Origin: Rhodospirillales bacterium
GTDB taxonomy: Bacteria > Pseudomonadota > Alphaproteobacteria > Bin95
NCBI GenBank assembly: GCA_038143065.1
Contig: JAYQLI010000035.1
Span: 1,952,894 to 2,016,893 of the forward strand
Direction of reading: 5' to 3'
Length of the DNA: 64,000 bases
This document shows, piece by piece, positions 25,189 through 36,196 of this stretch. The notes beneath the pieces are model-generated. The model saw only the letters and a list, made by a program, of their open reading frames with translations, did no database searches and was not told the origin of the DNA. Positions within the stretch are counted from its first letter, which is position 1; every line of letters starts with the position of its first letter. The position numbers and the translations under genes were made by a program.

Positions 25189-26934
25189 TTACATTTCCTC
25201 TGCTGGCTGAACACCAAGGACATTAAGGCCAGAGGCTATAACAGCGATCACACCTTGAACTAGTGCAAGACGTGCTTTTGTTGCCTCTGGATCCGAAGTT
25301 TGAATGAACCTCAAGGTAGTGTCATCCCGACCCTTGTTCCAGAGCTGGTGAAATGCAGCTGCAGCTTCCTGAAGATAAAACGCGACGCGATGTGGTTCAT
25401 GGGCCTCCGCAGCTTGCTCGATGATACGCGGCCAACTTGCCAACAACTTAATGAGTCCAATCTCATCTTCATCCGTAAGCTGAGTAAGATCGGCGTGGAT
25501 GCGGTCTTCGGCCCTTGCTGAAAAACCAGCCTCTTTCGCATGGCGTAAAACACTGCAACAGCGAGCATGCGCGTATTGTACATAAAAGACTGGATTGTCC
25601 TTAGACTGATTAACAACACGAGCCAAATCGAAGTCGAGTGGCGCATCGTTTTTACGAGTCAACATTATGAAGCGAAGTACATCCCGCCCAACTTCATCGA
25701 CAACTTCACGTAGTGTTATAAAATCACCAGAGCGCTTGGACATCCGAACCAGCTCACCGTCTCGAAGCACCCGCACTAACTGACAAAGTTTCACATCCAA
25801 GGCATCTTTTTTATCAGTCAACGCTTGAACGGCCGCGGAAACTCGTTTGACGTAACCGCCGTGATCTGCCCCCCAAACATCAATTAATTCTTCGCCGCGG
25901 TGGCTTATTTTATCAAAATGGTAAGCGATGTCTGTGGCAAAATATGTCCAGGAGCCATCAGATTTTTTCAGTGGTCGATCAACATCATCCCCGAAATTTG
26001 TTGCCCGAAATAAAGTTTGAGGTCGCTCCTCCCAATCTTCAGGTATTTTTCCCTTTGGCGGCTCTAGAATGCCCTCGTAAACAAGGCCTTTACTTTCAAG
26101 GGTTGCTAGAGCGGCATCTACGGATCCGGCTTCTACTATCGACCGCTCTGAAGAAAAAACATCCTGTTTAATTCCCGCGGCAGCTAGGTCATCGCGGATT
26201 GAATCCATCATCATTGAAATTGCTTTACCACGAGCCACTTCATTTTGCTCCTGGTCTGACATACGAAACAGGTCATCCCCATGAGCAGAAACAAGAGCTT
26301 CGCCCACCGGAATCATATAATCACCAGGATAAAGACCATCAGGAATAGGACCTATTTCTTCCCCTAAAGCCTCACGAGCGCGAAGTAAGGCTGTTTGCGC
26401 CAAGATATCGACCTGCGCACCCGCATCATTGATGTAATATTCTTTGACAACTTCGAAACCAGCCTTCCGAAGAACAGCGGCCAGGGCATCCCCAAAGACC
26501 GCACCCCGCCCATGCCCAACATGCAGAGGACCCGTGGGATTAGCAGAAACATATTCAATGTTTACTCGGCGGCCTGCTCCCATATTAGAAGCGCCATATT
26601 CACGGCCCAAAGATAGGATTTCCAAAAGTCTGGCAGGCCAGAAGTCAGGTCTTGCCTGAATATTTATAAACCCAGGCCCAGCCACCTCAACTAACTCAAT
26701 GTCATCATGGGAACGAAGGCGAGAAGCAATCAGTTCTGCTAGATCTCTTGGCTTCATTCGGGCGTCTTTAGCCAAAACCATGGCAGCATTCAAAGCAACA
26801 TCGCCGTGGTTGGGGTCGCGCGGAGAACCGGCAGTAGCACGATCCAGATTGAGATCACTGGGAATGTCGCCATTTTTGGCTAAAAATTTGAGCTCTTCGA
26901 GAGCTAAGTTATTGAAATGCTCAAAGTAGTTCAT
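25189..26934 (-). CDS. argS: Arginine--tRNA ligase
   Basis: [34 protein letters not shown]. Confidence 0.98.
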   Translation of the reverse strand: MNYFEHFNNLALEELKFLAKNGDIPSDLNLDRATAGSPRDPNHGDVALNAAMVLAKDARMKPRDLAELIASRLRSHDDIELVEVAGPGFINIQARPDFWPARLLEILSLGREYGASNMGAGRRVNIEYVSANPTGPLHVGHGRGAVFGDALAAVLRKAGFEVVKEYYINDAGAQVDILAQTALLRAREALGEEIGPIPDGLYPGDYMIPVGEALVSAHGDDLFRMSDQEQNEVARGKAISMMMDSIRDDLAAAGIKQDVFSSERSIVEAGSVDAALATLESKGLVYEGILEPPKGKIPEDWEERPQTLFRATNFGDDVDRPLKKSDGSWTYFATDIAYHFDKISHRGEELIDVWGADHGGYVKRVSAAVQALTDKKDALDVKLCQLVRVLRDGELVRMSKRSGDFITLREVVDEVGRDVLRFIMLTRKNDAPLDFDLARVVNQSKDNPVFYVQYAHARCCSVLRHAKEAGFSARAEDRIHADLTQLTDEDEIGLIKLLASWPRIIEQAAEAHEPHRVAFYLQEAAAAFHQLWNKGRDDTTLRFIQTSDPEATKARLALVQGVIAVIASGLNVLGVQPAEEM

Positions 26935-28118
26935 AGGCTTTGACTATTAATTTCGAACAAACGTTGATGCTCCAGCATAGCGTAGCGGTCTGTCATACCA
27001 GCGATATAGTCTCCAACAATACGATAGATCTTCGTTTCCTTTGATTCTTCTGCCAACTTCCGCCACTCGGCTGGCAAACTTTGGGGCTCAGCAATAAATA
27101 CTTCAAAAAGATCTGAAACAATCCGTTTTGCTTTGCTCGTCATCCGGTTTACCTGCGTATGACGGTACATATTCGTTCTTAGAAAAGCCCGCAATGCGTC
27201 AAGTTCCAGCGTCATTTCCTTTGAAAAAGAGGCCATTGGTTTACCAGCAGATCAAATGTCGGTGGCAGTTTTGGGTTTCAACTCGCGCAAACGGTTGGCT
27301 GTTTCCGTGGTCAAATCCCGCACCAAATCACCTATAAGTGCTCTAACTAACTCATAAATTCGGCGCTGGCGATCAAGTTCCGGCCAATTTTTATCAATTG
27401 CGCGCAAATGGTTCGCAACAAGAGCCGATGCGTCAGCAACAGCTCCCAGTGGGAAAAGCTGGGCACGCAAACCGTCGTCGATGTCATGCGTGTTGTAGGC
27501 AATATCGTCCGCAATAGCAGCTACCTGAGCCTCAAGACTTGCGTGGGTGGTCAATTCCAAAGAATGAGACTTGTCATAATTTCGAACCGCTAAAGCCGGT
27601 TCTAGAAGAGGACCATTGTGCTTAACAACCCCCTCAAGGGTTTCCCATGAAAGGTTAAGCCCATCGAAACCAGCATAACGTTGCTCCAAACGCGTAAGCA
27701 CCCTAAGCGTCTGCACATTGTGATCAAAGCCCCCCACATGGCTTAGCTTTGATGATAAGGCCTCCTCTCCAGCATGCCCAAAGGGTGTGTGGCCGAGGTC
27801 GTGGGCTAAAGCTACGGCCTCTGCAAGATCTTCATTAATCCCTAAGTTTCTAGCTACAGTTCGTGCTATCTGGGCTACCTCTAAAGAATGAGTAAGCCGC
27901 GTGCGAAAATAATCTCCTTCATGGAATACAAAGACCTGTGTCTTGTGTTTCATGCGGCGAAAGGCGTTGGAGTGAATTATGCGATCGCGGTCACGCTGAA
28001 AATTGGAACGGTTCTCTGGATCCGGTTCTGAAATTAGTCTGCCGCGGGAAGATTTTGCGCTGGCAGCATAGGGTGCGGCGGGATTAGGAGATGCATCAAA
28101 TAAATACTGCTCTAACAC
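26931..28118 (-). CDS. dgt: dGTP triphosphohydrolase-like protein (in-frame TGA at 27252-27254)
   Basis: [46 protein letters not shown]; both ORF halves are in the same frame. Confidence 0.9.
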
Positions 28119-28233
28119 GCTAAATCCTTAGTTTGTATTGAAAGGCCATAACAAACATCTATTTTATGTTATCTTGTTGAACTTATCGCGAAGTAAATCA
28201 ACCTAAGCCATCCTTTTAGTGGGGGTCTTAAAC

Positions 28234-28581
28234 ATGCCGGACGGCGCTCTTCAGGACGGAGTTAACATCACGGAGCGAGGGGCTGCACGTCTCAAGCTCC
28301 TTCTTGCTGATGAAAAGAACCCCAATGCGAAGTTTCGAGTATCCGTTCTAGGCGGAGGGTGTTCAGGCTTTCAGTATAGTTTTAGTTTTGACGATGTTCT
28401 GAATTCCGATGACAAGGGCTTTGAACGCAACGGTGTCCCAATTGTAGTGGACGAGATTTCCCTGGACTTGTTGGGAGGGGCCATTGTGGATTGGAAGGAA
28501 GATCTTTCCGGAGCAATGTTCGTGATCGAAAACCCCAATGCAGCCTCGTCTTGCGGTTGTGGGTCGTCTTTTTCGATTTAG
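28234..28581 (+). CDS. erpA: Fe-S cluster insertion protein, ErpA/IscA (HesB family)
   Basis: GGGCSGFQY, NPNAASSCGCGSSF. Confidence 0.9.
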   Translation: MPDGALQDGVNITERGAARLKLLLADEKNPNAKFRVSVLGGGCSGFQYSFSFDDVLNSDDKGFERNGVPIVVDEISLDLLGGAIVDWKEDLSGAMFVIENPNAASSCGCGSSFSI

Positions 28582-28592
28582 ATAACAATCAA

Positions 28593-29386
28593 ATGCGTCT
28601 TGCAACTTGGAATGTAAATTCAATTAAAGCTAGGCTGGACGCAGTATTGGCTTGGATGGATGAAGCCGGTCCGGATGTGCTCGCCCTGCAGGAAATTAAA
28701 TGCGTTGGTGAAGCATTCCCTGAACTAGAGTTCAAAGCTCGCGGTTACCACACCCTTGTGGCCGGACAGAAAAGTTACAACGGTGTTGCTCTGTTATCTC
28801 GGCACCCCTTCAAAGATCCAGTTATTGGTCTGGATGGTGACCCATCCGACGAACAAGCGCGGTATGTGGAAGCAACCGTTGAAGGAATGCGGGTGGCGTC
28901 GATATATTTGCCAAATGGGAACCCTATAGGTACAGAAAAATTCAATTATAAAATGAGCTGGATGGACCGTTTACAAGCTCGGGCAAAAATCCTTCTGGAG
29001 GACGGCATGCCCACCGCTCTTATGGGTGATTTTAATGTCATTCCAGAACCAGAAGATTGCTACAATCCATCAGCTTGGCGGAATGACGCGCTTTTCCAAG
29101 CAGAAACGCGTGCAAAATTCAGGGCATTGTGTTGGCTTGGTTTCTACGACGCGTATCGCTCGGTAAGGCCAAGAGCTCCTTCAGCATTCACATTCTGGGA
29201 TTATCAGGGGGAGCATGGCAGAAAGACCATGGCATTCGGATTGATCATATCCTTCTGTCTGCAACAGCACTTGACCGCTTGAGCGATGTAGACATTGATC
29301 GGCGCCCTCGCGGACAACCTAAAGCGTCAGATCACACACCGATTTGGTGCGAAATTTCAGATACATCACCTGCTCCACGACTCTAG
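28593..29386 (+). CDS. xth: Exodeoxyribonuclease III (frameshift in G-run near 29209)
   Basis: ATWNVNS, LQEIK, YLPNGNP, GDFN, RIDHIL, SDHTP. Confidence 0.93.
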
Positions 29387-29394
29387 AAACTGAT

Positions 29395-30081
29395 TTGCCT
29401 TTCCTCCCCCTTCATGACGACAATCCTCGCCGATGGGTATCTACACCCTATGTGACTTGGGGAATGATTCTGTTTTGTACGATTATCTATATCTGGCAAA
29501 CGGGTCTTTCGCCTGAAGAAGAGGCAAAAGTTTTGTTCAGCTATGGTTTCATTCCAGCTGTCGTTTTTGGGTATCGTGAACTCGCCGAGAGCCTTGTAGT
29601 GATGCCAGCCGACTTCTCTGTTGTGACTTCGGTCTTTCTGCATGGCGACGCTTGGCATCTGATTGGAAACATGTTGTTTCTCTACATCTTTGGCGACAAC
29701 GTGGAAGATGCGTGCGGACATTGGCGGTTTGCAATATTTTTTGTCATTACCGGAGCTATTGCAGCATTAGCTCAGGGCTACGCTGACGTAGCATCAGAAG
29801 CCCCTCTGATAGGTGCATCTGGGGCTGTATCCGGGGTTTTAGGGGCGTACATTCTTCTTACGCCTAAATCTAAAATAACTGTATTACTGCCTTTTTTTAT
29901 TCCCATACGACTTAAGGCATGGGCCGTTATTGGCAGCTGGTTCATCTTCCAGACCTTAGCCAGTGGAGGTTTAATGGGAGCAGAGAACGTAGCGTATATA
30001 GCCCACGTGGGCGGCTTTTTATCCGGCGCTTTGCTGATCAGTTTGATAAAGCGACCCGCAGCCAGGTTGTTCGCTCAATAA
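29395..30081 (+). CDS. Rhomboid family intramembrane serine protease
   Basis: FLHG..HLIGNM, GASGA, AHVGG; start codon uncertain. Confidence 0.9.
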   Translation: MPFLPLHDDNPRRWVSTPYVTWGMILFCTIIYIWQTGLSPEEEAKVLFSYGFIPAVVFGYRELAESLVVMPADFSVVTSVFLHGDAWHLIGNMLFLYIFGDNVEDACGHWRFAIFFVITGAIAALAQGYADVASEAPLIGASGAVSGVLGAYILLTPKSKITVLLPFFIPIRLKAWAVIGSWFIFQTLASGGLMGAENVAYIAHVGGFLSGALLISLIKRPAARLFAQ

Positions 30082-30082
30082 A

Positions 30083-30343
30083 TCAGGCCTGATCCGGATT
30101 AATAAACCAAAATATTAACATAAGAGTAAGCATAGCGCCGGCAGAAACCCAATTTTTGTATGTGAGCCTTGCCTCTTCCACCTCATAATCATTAGGCCTC
30201 ATTAAAATCTTGATATCACGGGAACCAAGAGACGCCTTCAGTAGTCCGTTGCGCTTACGATAGCGCCAAAGTTTAACTGTAGAGTCGATTAAAAAAGCCA
30301 TAGCTAAGATCACACATATGGCAACTATATTGTGAGGTTCCAA
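30083..30343 (-). CDS. Small hypothetical membrane protein (2 TM)
   Basis: 86-aa ORF fills the gap between genes, has two hydrophobic segments and a G-rich SD before its TTG. Confidence 0.55.
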   Translation of the reverse strand: MEPHNIVAICVILAMAFLIDSTVKLWRYRKRNGLLKASLGSRDIKILMRPNDYEVEEARLTYKNWVSAGAMLTLMLIFWFINPDQA

Positions 30344-30436
30344 ATCTGACCCCCCTTGAAATTATTAATCCCGCAAGGTCTAAATTAGTGTGTATATTTC
30401 CGGAAGCCAAAATTCCATCATCAAGCGGAGGTTTTT

Positions 30437-31048
30437 ATGAAGCTTTATAATTCTGTAGGACCTAACCCTCGCGTTGTTCGGATGTTTTTGGCTGAAAAGG
30501 GCGTTGAGCTTCCATTGGAAGAAATTGATATCCGAAAAGCCGTAAATAGACAGGCTGAATTTTTGAGTAAGAACCCAGCAGGCCAAGCGCCGTGCTTAGA
30601 GCTTGACGATGGATCCTACATTTCTGAGATCACAGCAATTTGTGAATACATCGAGGAACTACACCCAAGTCCTGTCCTGATTGGAAAAACGGCGGAGGAG
30701 AGAGCCGTAACAAGGATGTGGACGTGGCGTGTCGATTTAAATATCTGTGAGCCATTAGCTAATGGCTTTCGTTTTGGCGAAGGCCTAAAAATGTTCGAAG
30801 GCCGTATGCGTTGCCTACCCGAGGCCTCTCCAGGTTTAAAGGCTATAGCGCAGGACAAAATCACCTGGCTGGATAACCTTATGGCCGGTCAGAAATTTAT
30901 TTCTGGTGACAACCTATGTCTGGCAGATATTCTTTTGTTCTGCTTCATGGACTTTGGTACCAATGTAGGCCAACCTATCAATGCACAAAACGCCAATGTT
31001 GCTTCTTGGTTTGAACACATGCAGGGTCGGCCAAGCGCTTCAGCTTAA
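30437..31048 (+). CDS. Glutathione S-transferase family protein
   Basis: GPNPRVVRMFLAEKG, NPAGQAPCLELDDG, SEITAI, LADI. Confidence 0.92.
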   Translation: MKLYNSVGPNPRVVRMFLAEKGVELPLEEIDIRKAVNRQAEFLSKNPAGQAPCLELDDGSYISEITAICEYIEELHPSPVLIGKTAEERAVTRMWTWRVDLNICEPLANGFRFGEGLKMFEGRMRCLPEASPGLKAIAQDKITWLDNLMAGQKFISGDNLCLADILLFCFMDFGTNVGQPINAQNANVASWFEHMQGRPSASA

Positions 31049-31051
31049 TGA

Positions 31052-31809
31052 CTAAATTGGGTTAAGCGTCTGTCCACCATCAGCGGCGATGGTCTGGCCA
31101 GTTACCCAGCTAGCGGCATCTGAAGCAAGAAACACTGCTAAATTAGCTACTTCTTCCGGCGCACCAAGGCGGCCAAAAGGGATCGACGATCTGATTTTTT
31201 CGAAAAGCTCTGGTCGTTCGACTTCAGCCTTACCCCATACGCCACCTTCGAAATAGATCGATCCTGGGGCGATGCAGTTAACTCGGATATTATCTGACGC
31301 GTAATGATATGCCTGTGTTTTGGTATATTGGATAACAGCAGCTTTAGCCGCGCCATATGGGGAGTACGTCCAGCTGTAGCTAAGCCAGTTATAGAGCTAA
31401 TATTTATAATTGAGTCCCCGCCAGTTTCTGCCATTGAGGCCCTTGCTTTCCAAGAAGCTCTGACGAGTGCCATCACATCAACATTTAGGCTTGAGTCCCA
31501 ACCTGCCTCATCCTCTGACCCACCGAACGCAGATGTGTTGTTAACTAAAACGTCAACACCACCCAGGGCGGTGATAGCTGCATCCATATAGCCTTCAATG
31601 CCCTCCTTCGAGGCCACGTCCGCTGCAAGGCTATGAACATTTCCACCATGCCGGCTTAAATTTTTGGAGGCAGCGTCCAATCCTTGTTGACCACGGGCGC
31701 AGATTGATACCGCCATGCCTTCAGCGGCTAGAGCATCAGCAATGGCGTAGCCTATACCCCGGCTACCTCCGGTAACGATAGCGCGCTTTCCAGTAAGGCC
31801 TGTTTTCAT
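31052..31809 (-). CDS. SDR family oxidoreductase (frameshift near 31360)
   Basis: TGGSRGIG, INISS, reconstructed PYGAAK, C-terminal ASWVTGQTIAADGG. Confidence 0.85.
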
Positions 31810-31820
31810 AGATGCTACTC

Positions 31821-33374
31821 CTAAGGTTGGTCGAGTCTTATCTCAATACGCCTATTCCGCCTATAGGCTTCTAGGGTTTTCCCTTTATCGATCGGCCGGT
31901 ATTCACCAAAACCAGCTGGCAAAAGCCGTTCCTGTGGGATGCCTGCAGCAGCCAAGACTTTTGACACAGATTGCGCGCGCTCTAATGAAAGATCTCGATT
32001 AGATGCAAACTGCTCTGTTGAAATTGGGCGAATATCAGTATGCCCATCAATGCGAAGAACCCATTCGACCTCTGGAGGAATTGTTGCAATGATTTCCTTC
32101 AAGGCAGATGCCAGGGTTTCTATTCGCTTAACGCCTTCGGGGCCTAGGTCCGCTTGAGCCGTTTCAAACAACACTTCTGACTGAAGAACGAAACGGTCGC
32201 CTTCGACCCTTATATCTGATCTGTCTTTAACAACCTCACTGACTTTTCCAAAAAATTCAGAACGAAAGCGCCGTAACTCACTAACTTTTGCTGCAAGCGC
32301 AGCATTAAGTTTGCCCTCGAGCTGCAATATTGTGGACCCTTGGGTCTTGGCTTGATCCAATGCTTCAGTAAGAGCAGCATTGAGCGCATCTATTTTAAAT
32401 TGAAGCTCGGCATTAAGACTGGCCAGAGCCCTTTGTTCAGCCTCCGCATTCCTCTTCGCTGCTTCTAAACCTTGGGCGTCTCGCCTGGCGCCGGCAAGTC
32501 CCAACTCTGCAGCCACAGCTGCGTTTTGCAACGCTTCTGCACGGGAGGACATATCAGCTATTTTAGCTTCCAGGCTTACAATTCGATTGCGATATTCAAG
32601 CACCACGGCACTACTGGCTGTTTCCTGCTCCTTTAAACGATCTACGAGTGCCGCTGCATTAGCTTCTGCATCACCTTTAGCGGACGTCGCGGCCTCTAGA
32701 GCTGCCGCTGCTGTACGAAGTGCCTCCTCGAGTTCGCTGGCCCTCTTGGCGAGAGCATCGCGAGCAGCCTCAGCTCGAGCGGCTCGCTCAATAGCCCTCG
32801 ACAGAGTCAGCTCAGCCCGTTCTGTCGTAATAAGATAGGCGGCTTTTGCTTCATTAGCTTCGGACTGCAACGCTTCCAGTGTTGCAGTGAGCCTCGCAAT
32901 TTCCGAAGCTTGTATTTCAGCTTTTGCTATCGCCTGGTTATTTATCTCTTGAGCATCTAACAAAGATTTCTCAAGTGTTTGTACTTTATCCAAAAGAAGC
33001 TTCAACTGCTGTTCTACCGCAACCTTTTCTGCACCCTCGCGAGAGAGATCGGCCCGTGCTGCGATTAACGCCTGGGATATATTTTCAGACTCCTTTTCAA
33101 GCGTTGTTAACTGGCTTTGTAGGTCGTTTCTTCGCGCGGTTGCAGCTGCAAGAGCATCTGAGAGATTTGCGCTTTCTTCTATAAGGACAGCAATTTCACC
33201 TTCTGCCGCTGCTAGCGCTTGTTCTCGGCCCGAAAGACGCTCGGAAAGAAAATGCTGCGCTATCGCAAAGACTGACAGAAGAAAAATAACCACCATCAGC
33301 AAACTGGCTAAAGCATCAACAAACCCTGGCCAAAGGTCCTGGCGTACAACGCGTCCGCGGCGGGAACGCATCAA
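31821..33374 (-). CDS. MotB/OmpA-family peptidoglycan-binding membrane protein with long coiled coil
   Basis: WPGFVDAL TM segment with Asp, about 300 aa heptad-rich region, GHTD..LS..RA..RRNRRIEI OmpA domain. Confidence 0.85.
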   Translation of the reverse strand: MMRSRRGRVVRQDLWPGFVDALASLLMVVIFLLSVFAIAQHFLSERLSGREQALAAAEGEIAVLIEESANLSDALAAATARRNDLQSQLTTLEKESENISQALIAARADLSREGAEKVAVEQQLKLLLDKVQTLEKSLLDAQEINNQAIAKAEIQASEIARLTATLEALQSEANEAKAAYLITTERAELTLSRAIERAARAEAARDALAKRASELEEALRTAAAALEAATSAKGDAEANAAALVDRLKEQETASSAVVLEYRNRIVSLEAKIADMSSRAEALQNAAVAAELGLAGARRDAQGLEAAKRNAEAEQRALASLNAELQFKIDALNAALTEALDQAKTQGSTILQLEGKLNAALAAKVSELRRFRSEFFGKVSEVVKDRSDIRVEGDRFVLQSEVLFETAQADLGPEGVKRIETLASALKEIIATIPPEVEWVLRIDGHTDIRPISTEQFASNRDLSLERAQSVSKVLAAAGIPQERLLPAGFGEYRPIDKGKTLEAYRRNRRIEIRLDQP

Positions 33375-34547
33375 TCGGTCCTGCCGTCCGCATGACCGAT
33401 TAACGTGCGGCCCAGAAGGCGCAGTTCGTTGCGCAATTCCTGTGTTAATTCTGACTGGCCTGCTGTGACCGCTCCACCTAGCCGGGCTAATAATCTCTCA
33501 ATTTGAGCCAGCTGACGACGAGTTTCAGCGTCGATCACAGGATTCGCAAGACGTTCCGTCATTGTCTGTAAAGCTAAAGCTGATGAGTCTTCTCGCTCTG
33601 CCAACAAACCAAGTGCACGCTGTTGCTGTTCCGAAATACGACCCAGGGTTTCAAGGCCATCAGCCAAACTATGAAGCCGGTCCCCCATGGCTGTGAGTAC
33701 CTGGTCTGTCTCACGGCGCTTTTCTTCCGACCGACCCACAAGCCGACGCAAGTCGTCCAGCATCTCTGCTGTCTGCCCCAACAAGGCCTCAACATATGCA
33801 GAGGGCTGCGACGGCCCAATGGCCGCCTGACTCGATAATGCTGGCAAACTTTGAAAAGTAGCAATCGAAGAAAGCCAATCCTCGACCTCGTTATAAAACC
33901 GATTCTGGGCCTGACCTGCCTGAAGGTCCAAAAATCCAAGAGCAAGAGCCCCGCAAGACCAAAGAGAGAGGAGCTAAAGGCTGTGCCCATGCCGTCCAAA
34001 GGCGCGCGAAGCCCCCTCGCAAACTTTCAAAGGTTGTTGCGGCATCTCCTCCTACGTCTAATCCATCGACTACTTGTGAAACAGACCTGACTGTTTCTAA
34101 AAGCCCCCAAAAAGTACCCAAAAGGCCCAGGAAAATTAAAAGCCCAACCAAATAACGCGCTAATTCACGTGCTTCATCTAGCCTGCTTCCCAAACCATCA
34201 AGCAGCGCACGAGCAGATGTTGCATGAAGGCTAACCTTGTCCTCAACTTGCGTTAAGGCGCCGGCAATTGGCGCTAAAAGACGAGGTCCAGGACCTTGTG
34301 GCTCCCGAGTGCCACGCCTTTGAAACCGCTCAATCCACTCCACCTCGTTTTTCAGACTATAAGCCTGTCTCACGCAAACGATGGCACCGACAACAAATAC
34401 GCCGACGATCACCCCATTTAATGCTGGGTTTGCCATAAAAGCTGCAAAAGCAGACCGCCAAGTAACCGCCCCTGCTGCAATTGCCGCAGCCATGAAAAGC
34501 GCCATTCGTAGAAGGAATCTTCCTGGACGTGTCAGGCTGGGGCTCAT
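33371..34547 (-). CDS. MotA/TolQ/ExbB-family membrane protein (frameshifts near 34015 and 33950)
   Basis: LIFLGLLGTFWGL, GMGTAFSSSLFG, LDLQAGQAQNRFY, helical C-terminal tail; three ORF fragments join into one gene. Confidence 0.85.
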
Positions 34548-35308
34548 GTTTTGGATGCCTCCAAATAAATAACTACCGCATCCCGACTATCATCATTTGA
34601 AACAGGTTTGACTGCAATTGATGAACTCGGGACCCCACTACTAACTAAATATTGATAAACTGCGACCACCCTTGAGAGAGCTTCCTGACGGGCAGAAGCT
34701 TTTTCACTGATGCTGGATCCGCCAAATAAATGGATAGTAAAATTGGACGCTCCCGTGCTGCGCTTAACGACCTGAACGAGAAGTTGCTCGTCATCTCCGT
34801 GGAGTAATTGAATACCTTTGGCAAAAAGTATTTCTGTTTCAAATCTTTCCGATACGGCAGCTAATTTTTGTAAGGGATTTGTAGAGACATCCTCTGTGCT
34901 AATGGGGGTATTTTTATTGGTAGAATCTAGCGTCGATAGATCAGCGACAGGGAACTCTGTGCTTGGCGCCTCGTCTTTTGAGCTTGTCTTAGAAGAAGAT
35001 GGCACCTGCCTTACAGGGGGCAACGGAACCATAACAACTGTCTTTTGGCTCAAAGACGAATTGTGTTTGTTCGAAAAGTCTGGGCGGCGCGGTGGGAAAG
35101 GGGGTAAATCATTGTTGAGCCTCTCGTTGTTATTCGAGAGAGATTTTGCTTCTTTCAAGTTGAGGGCTGGGGCTAACTGACGTTCACTCGCAAGCGCTGA
35201 TGACTGGAGGTAACCACATGGAAGCAGATATAACAGTAAAAACATCCCGCAAAGCTGCCTAAAGCGGGTATTCAATGGGCCCGTGCAATGATGTTTCGAA
35301 CTCATCAT
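34544..35308 (-). CDS. Exported protein with Pro/Ser-rich linker and degenerate OmpA-like C-terminal domain
   Basis: Hydrophobic N-terminal segment; ARQEALSRVVAVYQYLVSSGV resembles the OmpA LS.RA.AV..YL...GV motif. Confidence 0.55.
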   Translation of the reverse strand: MMSSKHHCTGPLNTRFRQLCGMFLLLYLLPCGYLQSSALASERQLAPALNLKEAKSLSNNNERLNNDLPPFPPRRPDFSNKHNSSLSQKTVVMVPLPPVRQVPSSSKTSSKDEAPSTEFPVADLSTLDSTNKNTPISTEDVSTNPLQKLAAVSERFETEILFAKGIQLLHGDDEQLLVQVVKRSTGASNFTIHLFGGSSISEKASARQEALSRVVAVYQYLVSSGVPSSSIAVKPVSNDDSRDAVVIYLEASKT

Positions 35309-35386
35309 TTCCAGTTCAATTGCTTAAAGCAAGTTCTACGCCCCCGGATCTTAGCGAAGCTCGAGGCTAACCTCAACTGAGCATGG

Positions 35387-36174
35387 TTAGGCCTGTCTAA
35401 TCGACGTCGATAAAATCTGTCCGTGAAGTTCTCCCGAGGCCGCAACCAATTCGCCAGATTTTAGCCATCCAGCCCCACCGTTCAAATCAGTAATAATACC
35501 ACCTGCTTCTTGCAGGATGATTGAACCCGCAGCGAACTCCCAGGGCTTGAGGCCAACATCGACGTAACCATCAAGTTTTCCCGCTGCTACCTGCACCAAA
35601 CTAATAGAAGCTGTACCCACGATTCGTATTGTACAACTTTGGGCTAGCCGATTGAAAATCCCAGACCATTGATCTGGATTATGAGAATCATGAAGAAACG
35701 GTGCTCCCGCAACTAACGCTTCAGAGAGATGCGTTCTCCTCGAAACGCGGATGCGACGGTCATGAAGGTATGCGCCCTCATTGCGTTCAGCCCAAAAAGT
35801 TCATCTGTAACCGGGTTATAAACGACCCCAGCTATAACCTCACGACTTTCTTCCAAAGCGACTGAAACTGCGAATTGAGGCAAACCATGCATGAAATTGG
35901 TAGCGCCATCTATGGGGTCAGCAATAAAGCGGTGAGAGGTATCTGCTCCGATTATCTCATCCAGACCATCCATTAGGACGCCGAAGCGAGGGCGGGCTTT
36001 TTCAAGCTCTTCTTGTAAAATACGAGAAGCTTTTTCGTCTGCCTTTTCGACAAAATCGCGGGGGCCTTTATTCGATGCCTGGAGATGTTCAACCTCTCCA
36101 AAGTCACGAACAACCGCACGTCCAGCCTTTTCAGCCGCACGAATCATCATGGTCATTACAGGTGTGCGGCGCAT
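35387..36174 (-). CDS. suhB: Inositol monophosphatase family SuhB-like protein (frameshift near 35796)
   Basis: RDFGEVEHLQ, DPIDGATNFMHG, VYNPVTDELF, LKPWEFAAG..I..EAGG; next to efp. Confidence 0.85.
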
Positions 36175-36196
36175 TTTTATCTCTCTAGGGGCGAGA

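Noticed and set aside
27252-27254. Selenocysteine or TGA reassignment in dgt
   Set aside because: The position is not a Cys/Trp site in this family as far as I can tell, no convincing SECIS hairpin follows, and many genes here end in TGA.
32400-33200. Tandem DNA repeat in the MotB-like gene
   Set aside because: The repetitiveness is Ala/Glu/Leu coiled-coil composition at protein level; I saw no exact nucleotide repeat units or CRISPR-like spacing.
31821-34547. Zorya anti-phage system
   Set aside because: No zorC/zorD/zorE-like helicase or nuclease genes nearby and the context is housekeeping; kept only as a stator-like module.
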